A stretch of DNA of 63,744 nt, counting the filler, from Octopus bimaculoides (lineage: Eukaryota), in assembly GCF_001194135.2 (NCBI RefSeq). It is 4 parts of 4 records of this genome, joined end to end, with 100 filler letters (N's around TTAATTAATTAA, not from the genome) between each part and the next. Parts side by side here need not be neighbours in the genome. Positions count along the whole stretch, not along the records: positions 1 to 25,896 come from NC_068983.1; 3 more parts are not named here. One strand, given 5' to 3'. Position 1 is the first letter of the stretch, and each line of letters begins with the position of its first letter. The notes under the pieces are model-generated. The model searched no databases. It was not told where the DNA came from and saw only the letters and a program-made list of their open reading frames with translations. Positions 12,621 to 24,944 of the stretch are shown piece by piece. A program made the translations under genes and the position numbers.

Positions 12621-13019
12621 ATTTCTTTGTATATCAACGTAATTAGTCCATCATTGTTTCGATAATGGAAGCATGATCTTCAAGTAACATCTAATCATAG
12701 GTAATCTATAGAATATAGATCGAAATTAGATGATTATTTTCAATATTCAAATCGATCAGATCGGTTAGTTACGTCAGATACTAATTAGTCCATAACCTAT
12801 TGATGTATGGACATATAAAAATATACATACATACATTCACACGCACGCACAAGTACTTACACACAGGCACACGTACTTATACACAGGCACACACAGGCAC
12901 ACACACACACACACACACATACACACACACACACACACGCACGCACAACTACTGAAAGCTATAAATCCACATAAGAGTAGATAACATCCGGGTTACGTAT
13001 GTTTTATATATATATAAAT

Positions 13020-13295
13020 ATGAGGAGCACTCCGTCGATTACGACGAGTGTCTCAGCTGATACGATCAACAGAACAGCCTGCTCGTGAAATTAACGTGTA
13101 AGTGGCTGATTACTTCACAGACATGTGTACCCTTAACGTAGTTCTCAGGGAGATTGAGTATGAAATACAGGTACTACTGAGTGGACTGGAGCAACGTGAA
13201 ATAAAGTGTCTTGCTCAAGTACAGAGAGTATCACCAGGAATTGAACTCACCGCCTTACGATTGTGAGCGGTATAACCTAACAACTAAGCCAAGGT
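13020..13295 (-). mobile_element. tRNA-derived SINE family C
   Basis: Minus-strand A/B-box-like head (tggcttagttgttagg...gagttcaattcc). Tail shared with the SINE at 59293-59440. Confidence 0.75.
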
Positions 13296-13297
13296 CG

Positions 13298-13341
<44 letters not shown>

Positions 13342-13413
13342 TACATACATAGATACATACATAGATACATACATACATACATACATACATTCATAGATAC
13401 ATACATACATACA

Positions 13414-13444
<31 letters not shown>

Positions 13445-13465
13445 TTATAAATTTTACATGTAGAT

Positions 13466-13526
13466 ATGAAATCTATATTCTTTCTCATCATCTTGGGAAT
13501 ATTCTTGATGATTTCCTTGACCGAAG
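13466..13526 (+). pseudogene. Copy B signal-peptide exon MKSIFFLIILGIFLMISLTE with dead splice donor
   Basis: Homologous to the A and C exons. Donor reads ATAAGA instead of GTAAGA; the downstream intron is homologous to copy A 934-1700. Confidence 0.85.
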
Positions 13527-14403
13527 ATAAGAAGTCTATTATCCCATTCGTTAAATGAGTTTTCAACCCTAGTCAAATGACGCTTATTATGATCATTGTA
13601 CATCACAACGTAATTTGAGAGAAGAATTTTTATAACTGTCTCGGACCAATTGTCGACAAAATCACTGCCTTTTGTGTCCTAATATCTATGAACTAGACTT
13701 CACGCGATTCTTCTATTAACAGCTTCCCTCTATATGGCATTCCTTTCATAGATAGAAATCTCGTTATTTTCCTTAACCGATCTCTGCCGCCCAGTCTGTT
13801 CTCTTCAATATTCTTGTTTTCTATTCATGTCTTCTGCTGCAATAGACTACATCTCGATATTTTCTTGGAACATATTTTCCCACCAATAATATCTGACATC
13901 GATTCTGCTTCAATTCCCTCCACTTCATTCCACTACGTTCATCAGTCCTATGCTTTCAATGACAAAATCGTATAATTACTGGCTGTTCTTTCAGATTGTC
14001 CTAGTTCTTATAACTGTTTCTTATAACATGGTTATGTAAATAGTATACGTAAAACTGTATCTATCATCTAAAAACACATAGACTCGCTGCACAGACAAAC
14101 AGATGAACACAAAACAACAGACTCACAAATATACTAACCAGTAGCTCGTTTTCTATTTCATCCATCTTAAGGATACTGAATCAACGCATTAATTTTCTGA
14201 ATTAATTTACTGATTAATTTTCAAATTAATGTTGGCTGCGGTACCTACAACTCTGACGTTCATTGCTACATTTTGTCTTTGTTGCATTCTGTACCAAGCA
14301 AACGATTATTACAACTCAGTATAACGTGTGTGATGGGACCCAACTTAAACATTCATTTTCGGACGCGGTCTCGAGCATTTCTTGATTCACCCAGAACACT
14401 TAC

Positions 14404-14700
14404 TCAGAGATAATCACAGGAGACTTGCTCCACTACGCTACAAGAATCTAATCATTATCAGTGTTTCTTATTCTAAGGGGAATAGTTTCTCTGTCATAAA
14501 CTATTACACACCATATCTATCCAACGACAGAAGCGATGTAATACAGATTCTCTTTCATACACCATGGCCAGTTTATGATGTAATACACTTTATAACAACT
14601 CTTCTTTACTTCCTTCAGTAGAAACCTCCAGTACGATCTCCTATGTTTCAAACATTTCTAAATGAATTAGACCTCATGTAATACTGGGCACCATACATTT
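14404..14700 (-). mobile_element. Decayed RTE-like LINE RT fragment
   Basis: IVLEVSTEGSKEELL*...HRFCRW resembles the RTE 'ELLYADDL..E..F..W' region. Confidence 0.4.
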
Positions 14701-15326
14701 GTGATTTTTGTTTAACACAAAATTTCCTCTTGCTGATATTATCCAAATTGATGCCATCAGTGTGATAGTTCTATCACAGTGTTAGTACTTCTATTAAACT
14801 ATTTGTTCAATATTTCCTTATCAGAACTGCTATTCACTAGAATACACTCTCCACTTTTGGTTTCTCAGGAACATCAAACGTTGTAATGTCCTCACTGACA
14901 TCCCAAGGATATGTAAATGAACAATATTAAAATTGCCTCCTCTAATTTTATGATTAAATTGAAATTAAACAAACCATTTTCTGAAAAGAAAAACAAACTC
15001 TCAGTAGGTTTTTCTAATACATTGATCACTGTCTATCAGAAGATTAACATTGTATACGTCTGTCGTTGAGATGAAGTCACGACACTGTAAATTATTTCTA
15101 TAGCAGTAAATGTTTCTCAGTTTTCTGTTATGTATAAATTTTTATTGACAATATTACGGCAATAAACATTTGTTTCATGGAATTCATTGAAATTGTGAAA
15201 TCTATCGTATAAATTAAAATCATAAAGATTAGAACAATTAAAATCATAAATATGCTAATTTTGTGTCGTCCACAATAAAAATAAAACGATAGATAGATAT
15301 AAATTTTGAACGACGGATTTACGTAG

Positions 15327-15428
15327 ATATTGAGGAAATTAAAGAGGGAGATAGGCGCTGATCGCAAATTGTTGTAAACGGAGGCCCCATTGAAAGTTAA
15401 CCTGTATATTAGAAACAGTGTAAATCAG
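15327..15428 (+). pseudogene. Copy B middle exon (102 nt, phase 1-1) with compensating indels and a nonsense codon
   Basis: tacgtag|AT ATT GAG GAA ATT...AAT TGT TGT AAA CGG AGG CCC CAT TGA AAG TTA ACC TGT...CAG TGT AAA TCA G|gttaaa. Confidence 0.7.
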
Positions 15429-15526
15429 GTTAAAAGAAAGTGATGAAGCGAATGAATGTAGCAGTTTTGATAGCAATACGATGTACCTTTATATTCAATT
15501 TTAAACGTCATACATCAATATTTTAG

Positions 15527-15615
15527 GCGGTAGGGCTCAATGCCAATATGTGCAGCTAAGTGAAAATCCTGAAGATTACTCTTATTTTAATAAGTGTGTT
15601 CAAGATAGATCTTAA
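15527..15615 (+). pseudogene. Copy B terminal exon (G)GRAQCQYVQLSENPEDYSYFNKCVQDRS* (internal deletion, Cys losses)
   Basis: ttttag|gc acceptor, homology to the A and C terminal exons, and AATAAA at ~15657 in a conserved 3' UTR. Confidence 0.75.
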
Positions 15616-17222
15616 TGAATTATATTCTATGCTTGTAAATTGCATACCAGTCACTGAATAAAATCAATAAAGAATATGCCATATTATAAGCAATAAGTTT
15701 AAGGAAAGCATAGATATACACCACTGACAGAACCGAAGAACGTATCTCTCGCATGTCAGATGCGTTTCTATATCTGTTGCATAGAAAATTCATGCCTATG
15801 ATATCAAATATTTCTAGTAACCTGAAGTCTTTATTGAGTTATCATTGTTTGATTTTGTTATTTTATTTCGATACAATTTTACCAACTGGTTCAAGACATA
15901 TCTCTATGTTGAGCACTTTTCTAATATCAAAGATATCAGTTGTATAATATACATACATACATACACACATATATATATATTAAGTGGTATTGTAATTCTT
16001 CTGAGTGTTGTCATGAGAAACATAACTGAAATTTTTACCTCGCATCGATTTTGTTACACTTCTTGTGCTAGGCGTAGTTCAACTTGGTGATATTTACAAT
16101 AATTGTACATTTATCATACACATCCAACATGAACAAATGGAAACGAAAATATCACTTTTGAAGAACAAATCAATTCAAACCACACTATAAGATAGTGAAG
16201 AAAAACCAGTGCGGGACATTTGTATAGCGGTCAAATGCAGATATTTCTCTATATATTTGTCAACATGTTGCAATAAAGTGTTGCGTGATACCATTGTGCT
16301 TCATATGGTATACGTTTTGCATCACTGGTTTAACAGTTACTGTGGATTTTCAATGAGTAGGGTAGTATATAAGATTTCTGTAAATAATTATAGAGCAGTT
16401 TGTTATTCTTAAACAATTGAAAGAAGAAAAATATATATATATTAGCTTTCTAGTTTATTGATGCCTGCCTACAGACACGCCCTGCGGGTGTGTACCTTCT
16501 CCAATACTCTCCATACGTCCTAGCAAGGCCCGCGCTGTTACGTACTATTCCAAAACCAGCTACAACGATCAGATCATTGTATAGAATATTCTTGAATCCT
16601 AATATATGCTAATAGCATATATTTACAATGAATCGGCTGTCATCCATTACCATCTGTGAACGCGATCAAATGTCCTTCTTAGTGGCGGCAGATTCAGGAT
16701 GTCCGGACTGTAGGATCATTTTCAAGTCTGTACCCTCCTCTCCTAAATTCAACTATCCACTTTGCACTGTTGATAAGGATGGAGCGCTAATCTCCTGTTG
16801 TAACCACCTTGTTAGCATAATAGTTCTTGGGGTTAAACTCTTTTTCTCCGAGTAGTTGATAGCATAACGATAACACATATTTTTTTTAAAGAGAAGTAGC
16901 TACAATTTACATTTGTAGTCTTCTCTGAACAGGTATACAGTTCTTGGATATTTTACACGTTAGATATCAATATATTTTGCAACAACTAACATGTTTCTTA
17001 TGTCACCTCTAGTAACTAATATGCCTCAAGTGACTGAACTAATGACTACTGTTACTCATCATCACTCTATCATGTGTAAGCTCACTGCTGTTCACCGAGA
17101 ATCTTGCAATATTTTCTGGTATCACAAAAACGCCGATGGCTATGGAAATTGCAGTGAATGCCAGTACATCATTGATGCGTAGACGAGATATAAATCTAAA
17201 ATTTAATATATCAAAATTTTAA

Positions 17223-17254
<32 letters not shown>

Positions 17255-18065
17255 NNNNNNNNNNNNNNNNNNNNNNNNNNNNNNNNNNNNNNNNNNNNNN
17301 NNNNNNNNNNNNNNNNNNNNNNNNNNNNNNNNNNNNNNNNNNNNNNNNNNNNNNNNNNNNNNNNNNNNNNNNNNNNNNNNNNNNNNNNNNNNNNNNNNNN
17401 NNNNNNNNNNNNNNNNNNNNNNNNNNNNNNNNNNNNNNNNNNNNNNNNNNNNNNNNNNNNNNNNNNNNNNNNNNNNNNNNNNNNNNNNNNNNNNNNNNNN
17501 NNNNNNNNNNNNNNNNNNNNNNNNNNNNNNNNNNNNNNNNNNNNNNNNNNNNNNNNNNNNNNNNNNNNNNNNNNNNNNNNNNNNNNNNNNNNNNNNNNNN
17601 NNNNNNNNNNNNNNNNNNNNNNNNNNNNNNNNNNNNNNNNNNNNNNNNNNNNNNNNNNNNNNNNNNNNNNNNNNNNNNNNNNNNNNNNNNNNNNNNNNNN
17701 NNNNNNNNNNNNNNNNNNNNNNNNNNNNNNNNNNNNNNNNNNNNNNNNNNNTATATATATATATATATGATATCAAGATGGATTAACAGTCCTTCTCGAG
17801 CTATACGTACATAAGGCCAATCACTTGGATTCTGTGGCGTATATATTGCCCGGCTGAACGGCATAGCGATTCGTACCACATACAAAAAAATACACACGTG
17901 CATATTCCTATAAGCATATGTGAAGATGCACACACACGAAATACACACACACATACATGCGTATATTTATACACACATATACATATGTGTGTGTGCGTGT
18001 GAGATAGTGTATCTACACGCGTGCGGGCGTGAATAGCTATATTTTTACACACACACACACATACG

Positions 18066-18096
<31 letters not shown>

Positions 18097-18341
18097 ACGC
18101 ACACACTCATATATATATGTAAGTGTGTGCTAGTTGTTTTCTTCATACTCAGCCTTAGTTGTATATTTCCTACGTTTTGGAATTGTAAGCGAAGTTATAA
18201 TTCTTCATCATAGTCGAAAACGGCAGAATATATTGACCGTAAAGGTGACACTTCTGACAATGAACAACGTAAGTATATTCTCAATAATTGCTCTTTCGAA
18301 GGGCGATCACGACATGTCCATTGAAATCAAGAAGTAATAAA

Positions 18342-18454
18342 CCAATCGGTATGTTTTATATTCGTATCAGCTAGAAGTATGTTTCATATATAAGTATGAT
18401 TCTTATGTAATTACATAGTTACCTACTGTAGGGCATATAAAGAAACACCTACTG
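18342..18454 (+). promoter_or_regulatory. Copy C core promoter and non-coding exon 1
   Basis: CCAAT 18342-18346, TATATAAG 18387-18394, Inr-like atAgtt with A at 18417 (30 nt after the TATA start), and donor ctg|gtaagc at 18454/18455. Confidence 0.6.
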
Positions 18455-19699
18455 GTAAGCTTCATTCGTTCCTATATATATATATATNNNNNNNNNNNNN
18501 NNNNNNNNNNNNNNNNNNNNNNNNNNNNNNNNNNNNNNNNNNNNNNNNNNNNNNNNNNNNNNNNNNNNNNNNNNNNNNNNNNNNNNNNNNNNNNNNNNNN
18601 NNNNNNNNNNNNNNNNNNNNNNNNNNNNNNNNNNNNNNNNNNNNNNNNNNNNNNNNNNNNNNNNNNNNNNNNNNNNNNNNNNNNNNNNNNNNNNNNNNNN
18701 NNNNNNNNNNNNNNNNNNNNNNNNNNNNNNNNNNNNNNNNNNNNNNNNNNNNNNNNNNNNNNNNNNNNNNNNNNNNNNNNNNNNNNNNNNNNNNNNNNNN
18801 NNNNNNNNNNNNNNNNNNNNNNNNNNNNNNNNNNNNNNNNNNNNNNNNNNNNNNNNNNNNNNNNNNNNNNNNNNNNNNNNNNNNNNNNNNNNNNNNNNNN
18901 NNNNNNNNNNNNNNNNNNNNNNNNNNNNNNNNNNNNNNNNNNNNNNNNNNNNNNNNNNNNNNNNNNNNNNNNNNNNNNNNNNNNNNNNNNNNNNNNNNNN
19001 NNNNNNNNNNNNNNNNNNNNNNNNNNNNNNNNNNNNNNNNNNNNNNNNNNNNNNNNNNNNNNNNNNNNNNNNNNNNNNNNNNNNNNNNNNNNNNNNNNNN
19101 NNNNNNNNNNNNNNNNNNNNNNNNNNNNNNNNNNNNNNNNNNNNNNNNNNNNNNNNNNNNNNNNNNNNNNNNNNNNNNNNNNNNNNNNNNNNNNNNNNNN
19201 NNNNNNNNNNNNNNNNNNNNNNNNNNNNNNNNNNNNNNNNNNNNNNNNNNNNNNNNNNNNNNNTATATATATATAAATCTTTATATATATATGTCCAACT
19301 GTGTACTGTGAACCTAAAATTATAACATCGTTATATTTTTTACACATTATATTTTTTCATATATATCATATATTTTATGTTTTATATTGTCTAGCCTTTG
19401 TATATATATATATATATATCCTTTATATTTTGTACATGTTCTCATATTATATTTTATACTTATATTTGGTTATGTCTTTTTTATTTCTATTATTTATTTC
19501 CTTATTTTTTAAAATTTGCATGCCATAATAATTTTGTGACAATTTATAATTGTTTTATTTCTTTCATAAAATTCGTTATGTGCTGCAACCCTGTACTATC
19601 ATATATTAAATTGATCCCTTTATTTAGTTATATCTGAAATCTCTTTCTAGATTTTGTATATCTATATAGTTACAATTTCCTTTAACTGTATAAGTAAAC

Positions 19700-20200
19700 T
19701 AAGGTAAAAATTTACTCCTTCAATTTATATCCATCTTATAATCGTTTAAGAAGTATTTCTTTTTACAGTTACTCTTTCTTCCGTTTTAAAATCACAGTCA
19801 AAATAAGCTTTATTGGCCATCCGTATCCCTATTCTCTTTCTATTATCACTACTCTCCCATCAGACATTCTCATTTATCACCCCATGTCCAACTACTCTTT
19901 TGCTGTTGATATAGCCGGATGTAAAGTTCCCTTTCCTTAGTTAGTGAACGGTCTGTCATGATACTAATTAATTGGTAAATCTATAAAGATATAATTTTAG
20001 ATGTTTTGAAGACTACATTCTCCCTATTGTCTTCGATGTGTCGATAACGGGATCACTACTCGCATTCACCTCCCTCCACTGTAACCTATGTTTTAAATTC
20101 TGGCTTGTCTCTTGCTGTACTGTCCTATTCTCATTCTGCCAAAAAGTTTAGCGGCGGAATCGTTGTAAATATTTGCTCTCTAATTTGTCCTCCTTTATGT
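19700..20200 (-). mobile_element. Highly decayed LINE (RTE-like) RT C-terminal fragment
   Basis: ESDNRKRIGIRMANKAYF resembles the LINE 'EI.RRIG.A..AF' motif. Confidence 0.35.
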
Positions 20201-20935
20201 TTGAAGTCTACGCGGTCATCCGATGAGAACGATTTTCTTTGTAATGATGTAATACTTCCATTACACAATTAAAGCTGTCACTCGAAACGTAATAAATTGA
20301 CACATACATATTTATTGCTCATACACACACAAATACACACACATATATATATATAAATACAAAAATCGGACAAGAACGCAAAACATCCAAACAGTTAGGT
20401 GATACAAAAATGGATGTTTTACGTTCTTGTCCCATTTTGCATTTTTAATACATAAAGATATAGCATTGTATGTACACTAAAAAGTTAAAACATATTTATA
20501 TATATATATATATATATAATATAAAAAATAAAAATAAAGAAAAACATTAAAAAATTAAAAAACTAAAAAATAAATAAATAACAATAGAAAATATGAAAAT
20601 AAAATAAGAAATGAAACAAATGAAGATATATATTTAAAAAATAATAATGGCAAATAAATAAATAAAAGCTATATAAAATAAAATAAAATCAATTTTAAAG
20701 AATTTTAAGATTTTAAAATTTAACGAAATAAAACGAAATAAGAAAAACCCATACATATATTTATAAAATATTAGTAATCCAGAATTATCCCTTAGGCATC
20801 ATATCTCTCTCAACCTATGTCTCTCACTATAGTGTTAAAGTTATCTAGAAAACCTGATAAAAGATTTATTACTAAAATGTTTACAGCATATTGCTAATTC
20901 CTACCCACGGTCAAGATTACTCACTGATGTAAGTA

Positions 20936-22215
20936 TCAGGTCATCCCATAAGTTCTGCCCGATTTTACCCTTTTTAAAACTGAATGAAATTTAATAGTAT
21001 TTTAGAATGTCTAATGTAATTAAAAAATATTTTATGCATTTGTGTACATTGAAACTAAATAAATATTATTTTACAGAATTATAGAATTAAAATTTCTTTG
21101 ATTAAAACCTTTTCTAACATGGAAGTATCCAAAGAGCATTTGAGGCACATAATGCTTTATGAGTATAAAAAAGGAAACTCTGCAGCCGAAGCGACTCGAA
21201 ACATACACTCAGTTTATAGGAAAGAATGCTTGAATGAAAGAACTTGCTGAAGATGCTTTGCAAAATTCAGAAGTGGAGGCTTCAGCTTTGAAGATGAAAA
21301 TTGAACAGGACGTCCAGTTGAGTTTGATGATAAGCTCCTTGAGGCATTATTTGAAGAAAATCCTGCATTATCAGTTGAATAATTGGCAATAAAGCTAAGT
21401 TCAAACCATACAACTGTTCATAGTCATCTTCAACAGCTTGGATAGATTCCTAAACTTGGAAAATGGGTGCCTCATGAATTGTCTGAAAGCAACCATAAAT
21501 CTCGAGTTGACATTTGCTCTTCTCTCCATTCTCGCTGACTCATTTTACCCTTTTTTGGATAGACTTTTTACTGGTGACGAAAAATGGATCTTCTATCGAA
21601 ATGTTCAACATCGTAAACTGTGGCTTGTTAAAAGGGAAAAAGCTCAACCACAACCGAGAAGGGAACTTCATGGAAAAAAAATTTTTTCTCTCTATCTGGT
21701 GGGATTGCAAAGGAGTAATTCACAGTCAATCGTTACCACCTAATGCAATAATCAATGCTCAAGTCTACTGTCAACAATTAAAGCGTTTGAACCAAGCTTT
21801 GAAAAAAAAAAAAGACCTGCTTTAGTGAATCGAAACGGGAGTGATGTTCCATCAAGACAATGCGTGACTCCACACTGCAAATATCACATCACAGAAGACC
21901 GAAGAGCTTGGTTGAGAAAAAATTCCTCATCCACCTTATTCTCCCGACCTTGCTCCTTCAGATTACCATTTGTTTCGTAGTTTATAGAATAATTTGGGGG
22001 ACATAACTTTCGCAAGCCAAGAGGAGGTCGAAACTGACATTTCAGAATTCTTCGCTTTGTTTTACATTGATAGGATTAAAAAGCTTGCAAATGGATGGAA
22101 CGAAGTCATAGATAATCAGAGAAAGTACATTGATGATTAAAATTCACTTAAATGTAACATTTGATCACTTGTTTTCTTCATTCAAAATTCAGACAGAACT
22201 TATGGGATGACCTGA
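20936..22215 (+). mobile_element. Near full-length mariner (DD34D) transposon, inactivated, in intron 1 of copy C
   Basis: TA-flanked TIRs tcaggtcatcccataagttctg / cagaacttatgggatgacctga, ~1.28 kb. ATG 21119 MEVSKEHLRHIMLYEYKKG; WVPHEL, TGDEKW, FHQDNA and HPPYSPDLAPSDYHLF motifs; multiple stops. Confidence 0.95.
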
Positions 22216-22804
22216 TATTTGGAATGACTCCTCTAGGCAAAGTTCACATTAACTTCTTCCTTTTTCATATGGTTTATCTCGACTTAAGTTTCACCATTTT
22301 AGCTCATATTCTGTTTTTACCTCCCTAAGTTACCATATTAGCTTACCAAGTGATGTCGCATTTGATTTATTATTGTGTTTGAATGACGAGATGTAGTTGT
22401 AATATCGGAGCTTGAATGTCGTTGTGCAATAACCTATGTAATTGTAAATTTTGCTCCGGGTTACTATTGCACATTCATATACTATGTTCTTTCCTAAAGG
22501 GGAATTATTTAAAACTCATTCCCTATCTCCTCTACAGTTACAACTAGCCCTGTCCTGCTTATTTTTACCTGTGCGGTTATTACCGCTATCATCGTTATTA
22601 TTATTATTATTATTGTTACCATTGTCATTTTCATTATCTTTAAAATTATCTTCTTTATTATTATTACTATTGCCATCATCAACTTCACCACCGCTGCCGC
22701 TGCTGTTGTTATTCTTTGTATCATTTCTATTTATATCATCCTCCCCATTATATTTACCATCAGTATTTAAATACTTGTATTATACATTAATTTACAGGTT
22801 CAAC

Positions 22805-22865
22805 ATGAATTTTACATTCTTTCTCATCATCTTGGGAATACTAATGATACTTGCCCTAACCGAAG
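22805..22865 (+). CDS. Copy C signal-peptide exon MNFTFFLIILGILMILALTE(G/E)
   Basis: tttacag|gttcaac ATG...ACC GAA G|gtaaga. Intact ATG, hydrophobic core, small residues at the end, canonical splice sites. Confidence 0.85.
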
Positions 22866-23039
22866 GTAAGAAGTCTATTATCACATTCGTTAAATGATTT
22901 GTTGCCCCCTATTGTAAAGACACTTACTTTGATTAATTGTGCATTCAAATCTAATTTTGGTGCAGGGTTTTATTATTGTCTGGAACCAATGTTTGAGAGA
23001 ATAGCGGCCTTATTGTATCCTAACATCCATGAACCATAC

Positions 23040-23626
23040 TCAGAAATCATATTTATTTTTTACGTCCAAATGATTTTGAACGCTGCGGAATAAATGATAA
23101 TCAGATGGGGCAATGTCAGGTGAATATGGTGGGTGGGGTAACGTTTCCCATTCAAACTGCTCCAGCTTTTGAAATGTCATCTTCGCTGTATTTGGCCGAG
23201 CATTATCCTGATGGAAGAACATCTTTCGTCTTGAAACCAAAGATGGTCGTTTTTCTTCTATCGCTAACTTAAGCCGCTCAAGCTGCTCGCAGTAGATCTC
23301 CTATGTTATCGTTTGGTTTGGGTTTAAAAGTTCAAAGTGGACTAAATCTTTCATACCCCACCAAACAGATAACAACATGAAGAACTTCTTTAGCCTGAGG
23401 TGCCAGTGTTTCTCTCTTCCCTATTCACTGTCTTCGGTGCCCTGACATTTTTGTAGAGTACATATTTCTCGTCAACAATCACTATTCAGTCAAAACAAGT
23501 TAATTCGTGAGACGTGGCCGCAAAGAAGCGCAACACTTCACATTATGCACAGAGTTCAAATTTATCATTTTTGGAAGTTTCCCCCAGATGTTTATTTTCT
23601 GGTTCTCTAAACTCAAGAGATTACAA

Positions 23627-23661
<35 letters not shown>

Positions 23662-24573
23662 AACCCTGAGTTTAAAATAATGCATGGTTCAATTTTTATA
23701 GCTCTTTAAATTCGGCCAATTTAACGAAATTTCCTTTTTTTTTTTTAGTATCCTAACATTGAACATATTTTCGTTCACAAAAAGATTTTAGACCTCTCTT
23801 TGAACTTATTTAGAAGCGTTGTTTATTGTCTTTCAGTCAAGCTACAGGCTGGAATGCATAGGCCAACATAAATTTGAGAGAATTGGGGATGCATGAAAAT
23901 ATCCAAATTTTGGGTAAAACACCTTCAAACTTGATAATCTAAAAACAAAATACAAATTTTGACATATTAAGGGCTAACATATTTGTCCTCCTCAACATTT
24001 TATGTAAACTCTGGGAAAAAATCATTTGAAAGGGGTTAAAAGGCCACGCAGAACGAATTATTCCAGATTGGGTGCCAAACATCAAAACGAAACAAAATTG
24101 GGTAAAATTGGTAGTTATTGACCCCCCCCCCAACGTGATTAAACAAGTATAGAAACAGGAAATATAAAATGGACTTAAAACCTAATAAATTTTTTGAAAT
24201 AATTGATCTTAAATATACTTCTTTTGGTATATAACTTATTTTATACAGTAAAGATTGGGTTGGGAAGGTCACGCTTATTGTCCGATCCCCATATACTGCA
24301 TTAATATTCCTCGCACTTTCCGTTGCGTTGTTGCCTTTATTGAACTCATGAAGCAAAATATTCTGCATATGCTCCTTTGTCACTTCCATTATAACTTTGA
24401 AAAAAATAACCATTAAACTCGAACTGCACTCTTCAAAACTTGCACTAAGAATAAGCACGAGGCAAAAGTACTACCTGCTTTTACAACAAGTTGATGCAAG
24501 GAGTTTATCCCGAACCCCTCCGACTTTTATTTCATCCAATTGAAAAAACTGCATTGTTTGTATGATGACTCAA
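23040..24573 (-). mobile_element. Internally deleted mariner (second family) with ~0.8 kb foreign insert, in intron 2 of copy C
   Basis: MEVTKEHMQNILLHEFNKGNNATESARNINAVYGDRTISV and FHQDNARP...HPPYSPDIAPSDYHLFRS. TIR ttgagtcatcatacaaacaatgc is related to the 36.2-37.1 kb copy. Confidence 0.9.
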
Positions 24574-24782
24574 TATTTACATTATGTCTATATCACAACG
24601 ATATATCGTTGTTTGTAAATTGCTTAATGGTTGTCATGCAAATTGTAAAATAAATTAAAAGAATTAAAATCATAAAGATTTAAAAAAATTAATATCATGA
24701 AGATTGGACTAACTGAGTTTTTGTCGTCCAAAACAACAATAAAATTGTGAATAATGGGTGAAAGACATACATAGATATATAG

Positions 24783-24829
24783 AAAATTGCGGAAAACGAA
24801 GGCCACATTGGACGTTGATCTATGTAGCA
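24783..24829 (+). CDS. Copy C middle exon, shortened: (E)NCGKRRPHWTLIYVA
   Basis: tatatag|AA AAT TGC GGA AAA CGA AGG CCA CAT TGG ACG TTG ATC TAT GTA GCA|gtaaga. Codon-aligned with copy B, with synonymous differences. Ends in phase 0, unlike B. Confidence 0.55.
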
Positions 24830-24944
24830 GTAAGAGATGAAGCGAATGATAAGTAGCTTTGATATCAATATGATGTATCTTTATATTCATTTTTTAAAAT
24901 ATCAAAATGGCATTAAGGCAACTTTTATTATGTTCTAATTTTAG

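Noticed and set aside
16991-17182. Small + strand ORF with four Cys (..CKLTAVHRESC..GNCSEC..)
   Set aside because: No signal peptide, splice context or similarity to the cluster framework; consistent with chance.
19700-20200. Initially considered a Penelope GIY-YIG endonuclease
   Set aside because: Residual motifs fit a LINE RT C-terminus better; no convincing GIY-YIG motif.
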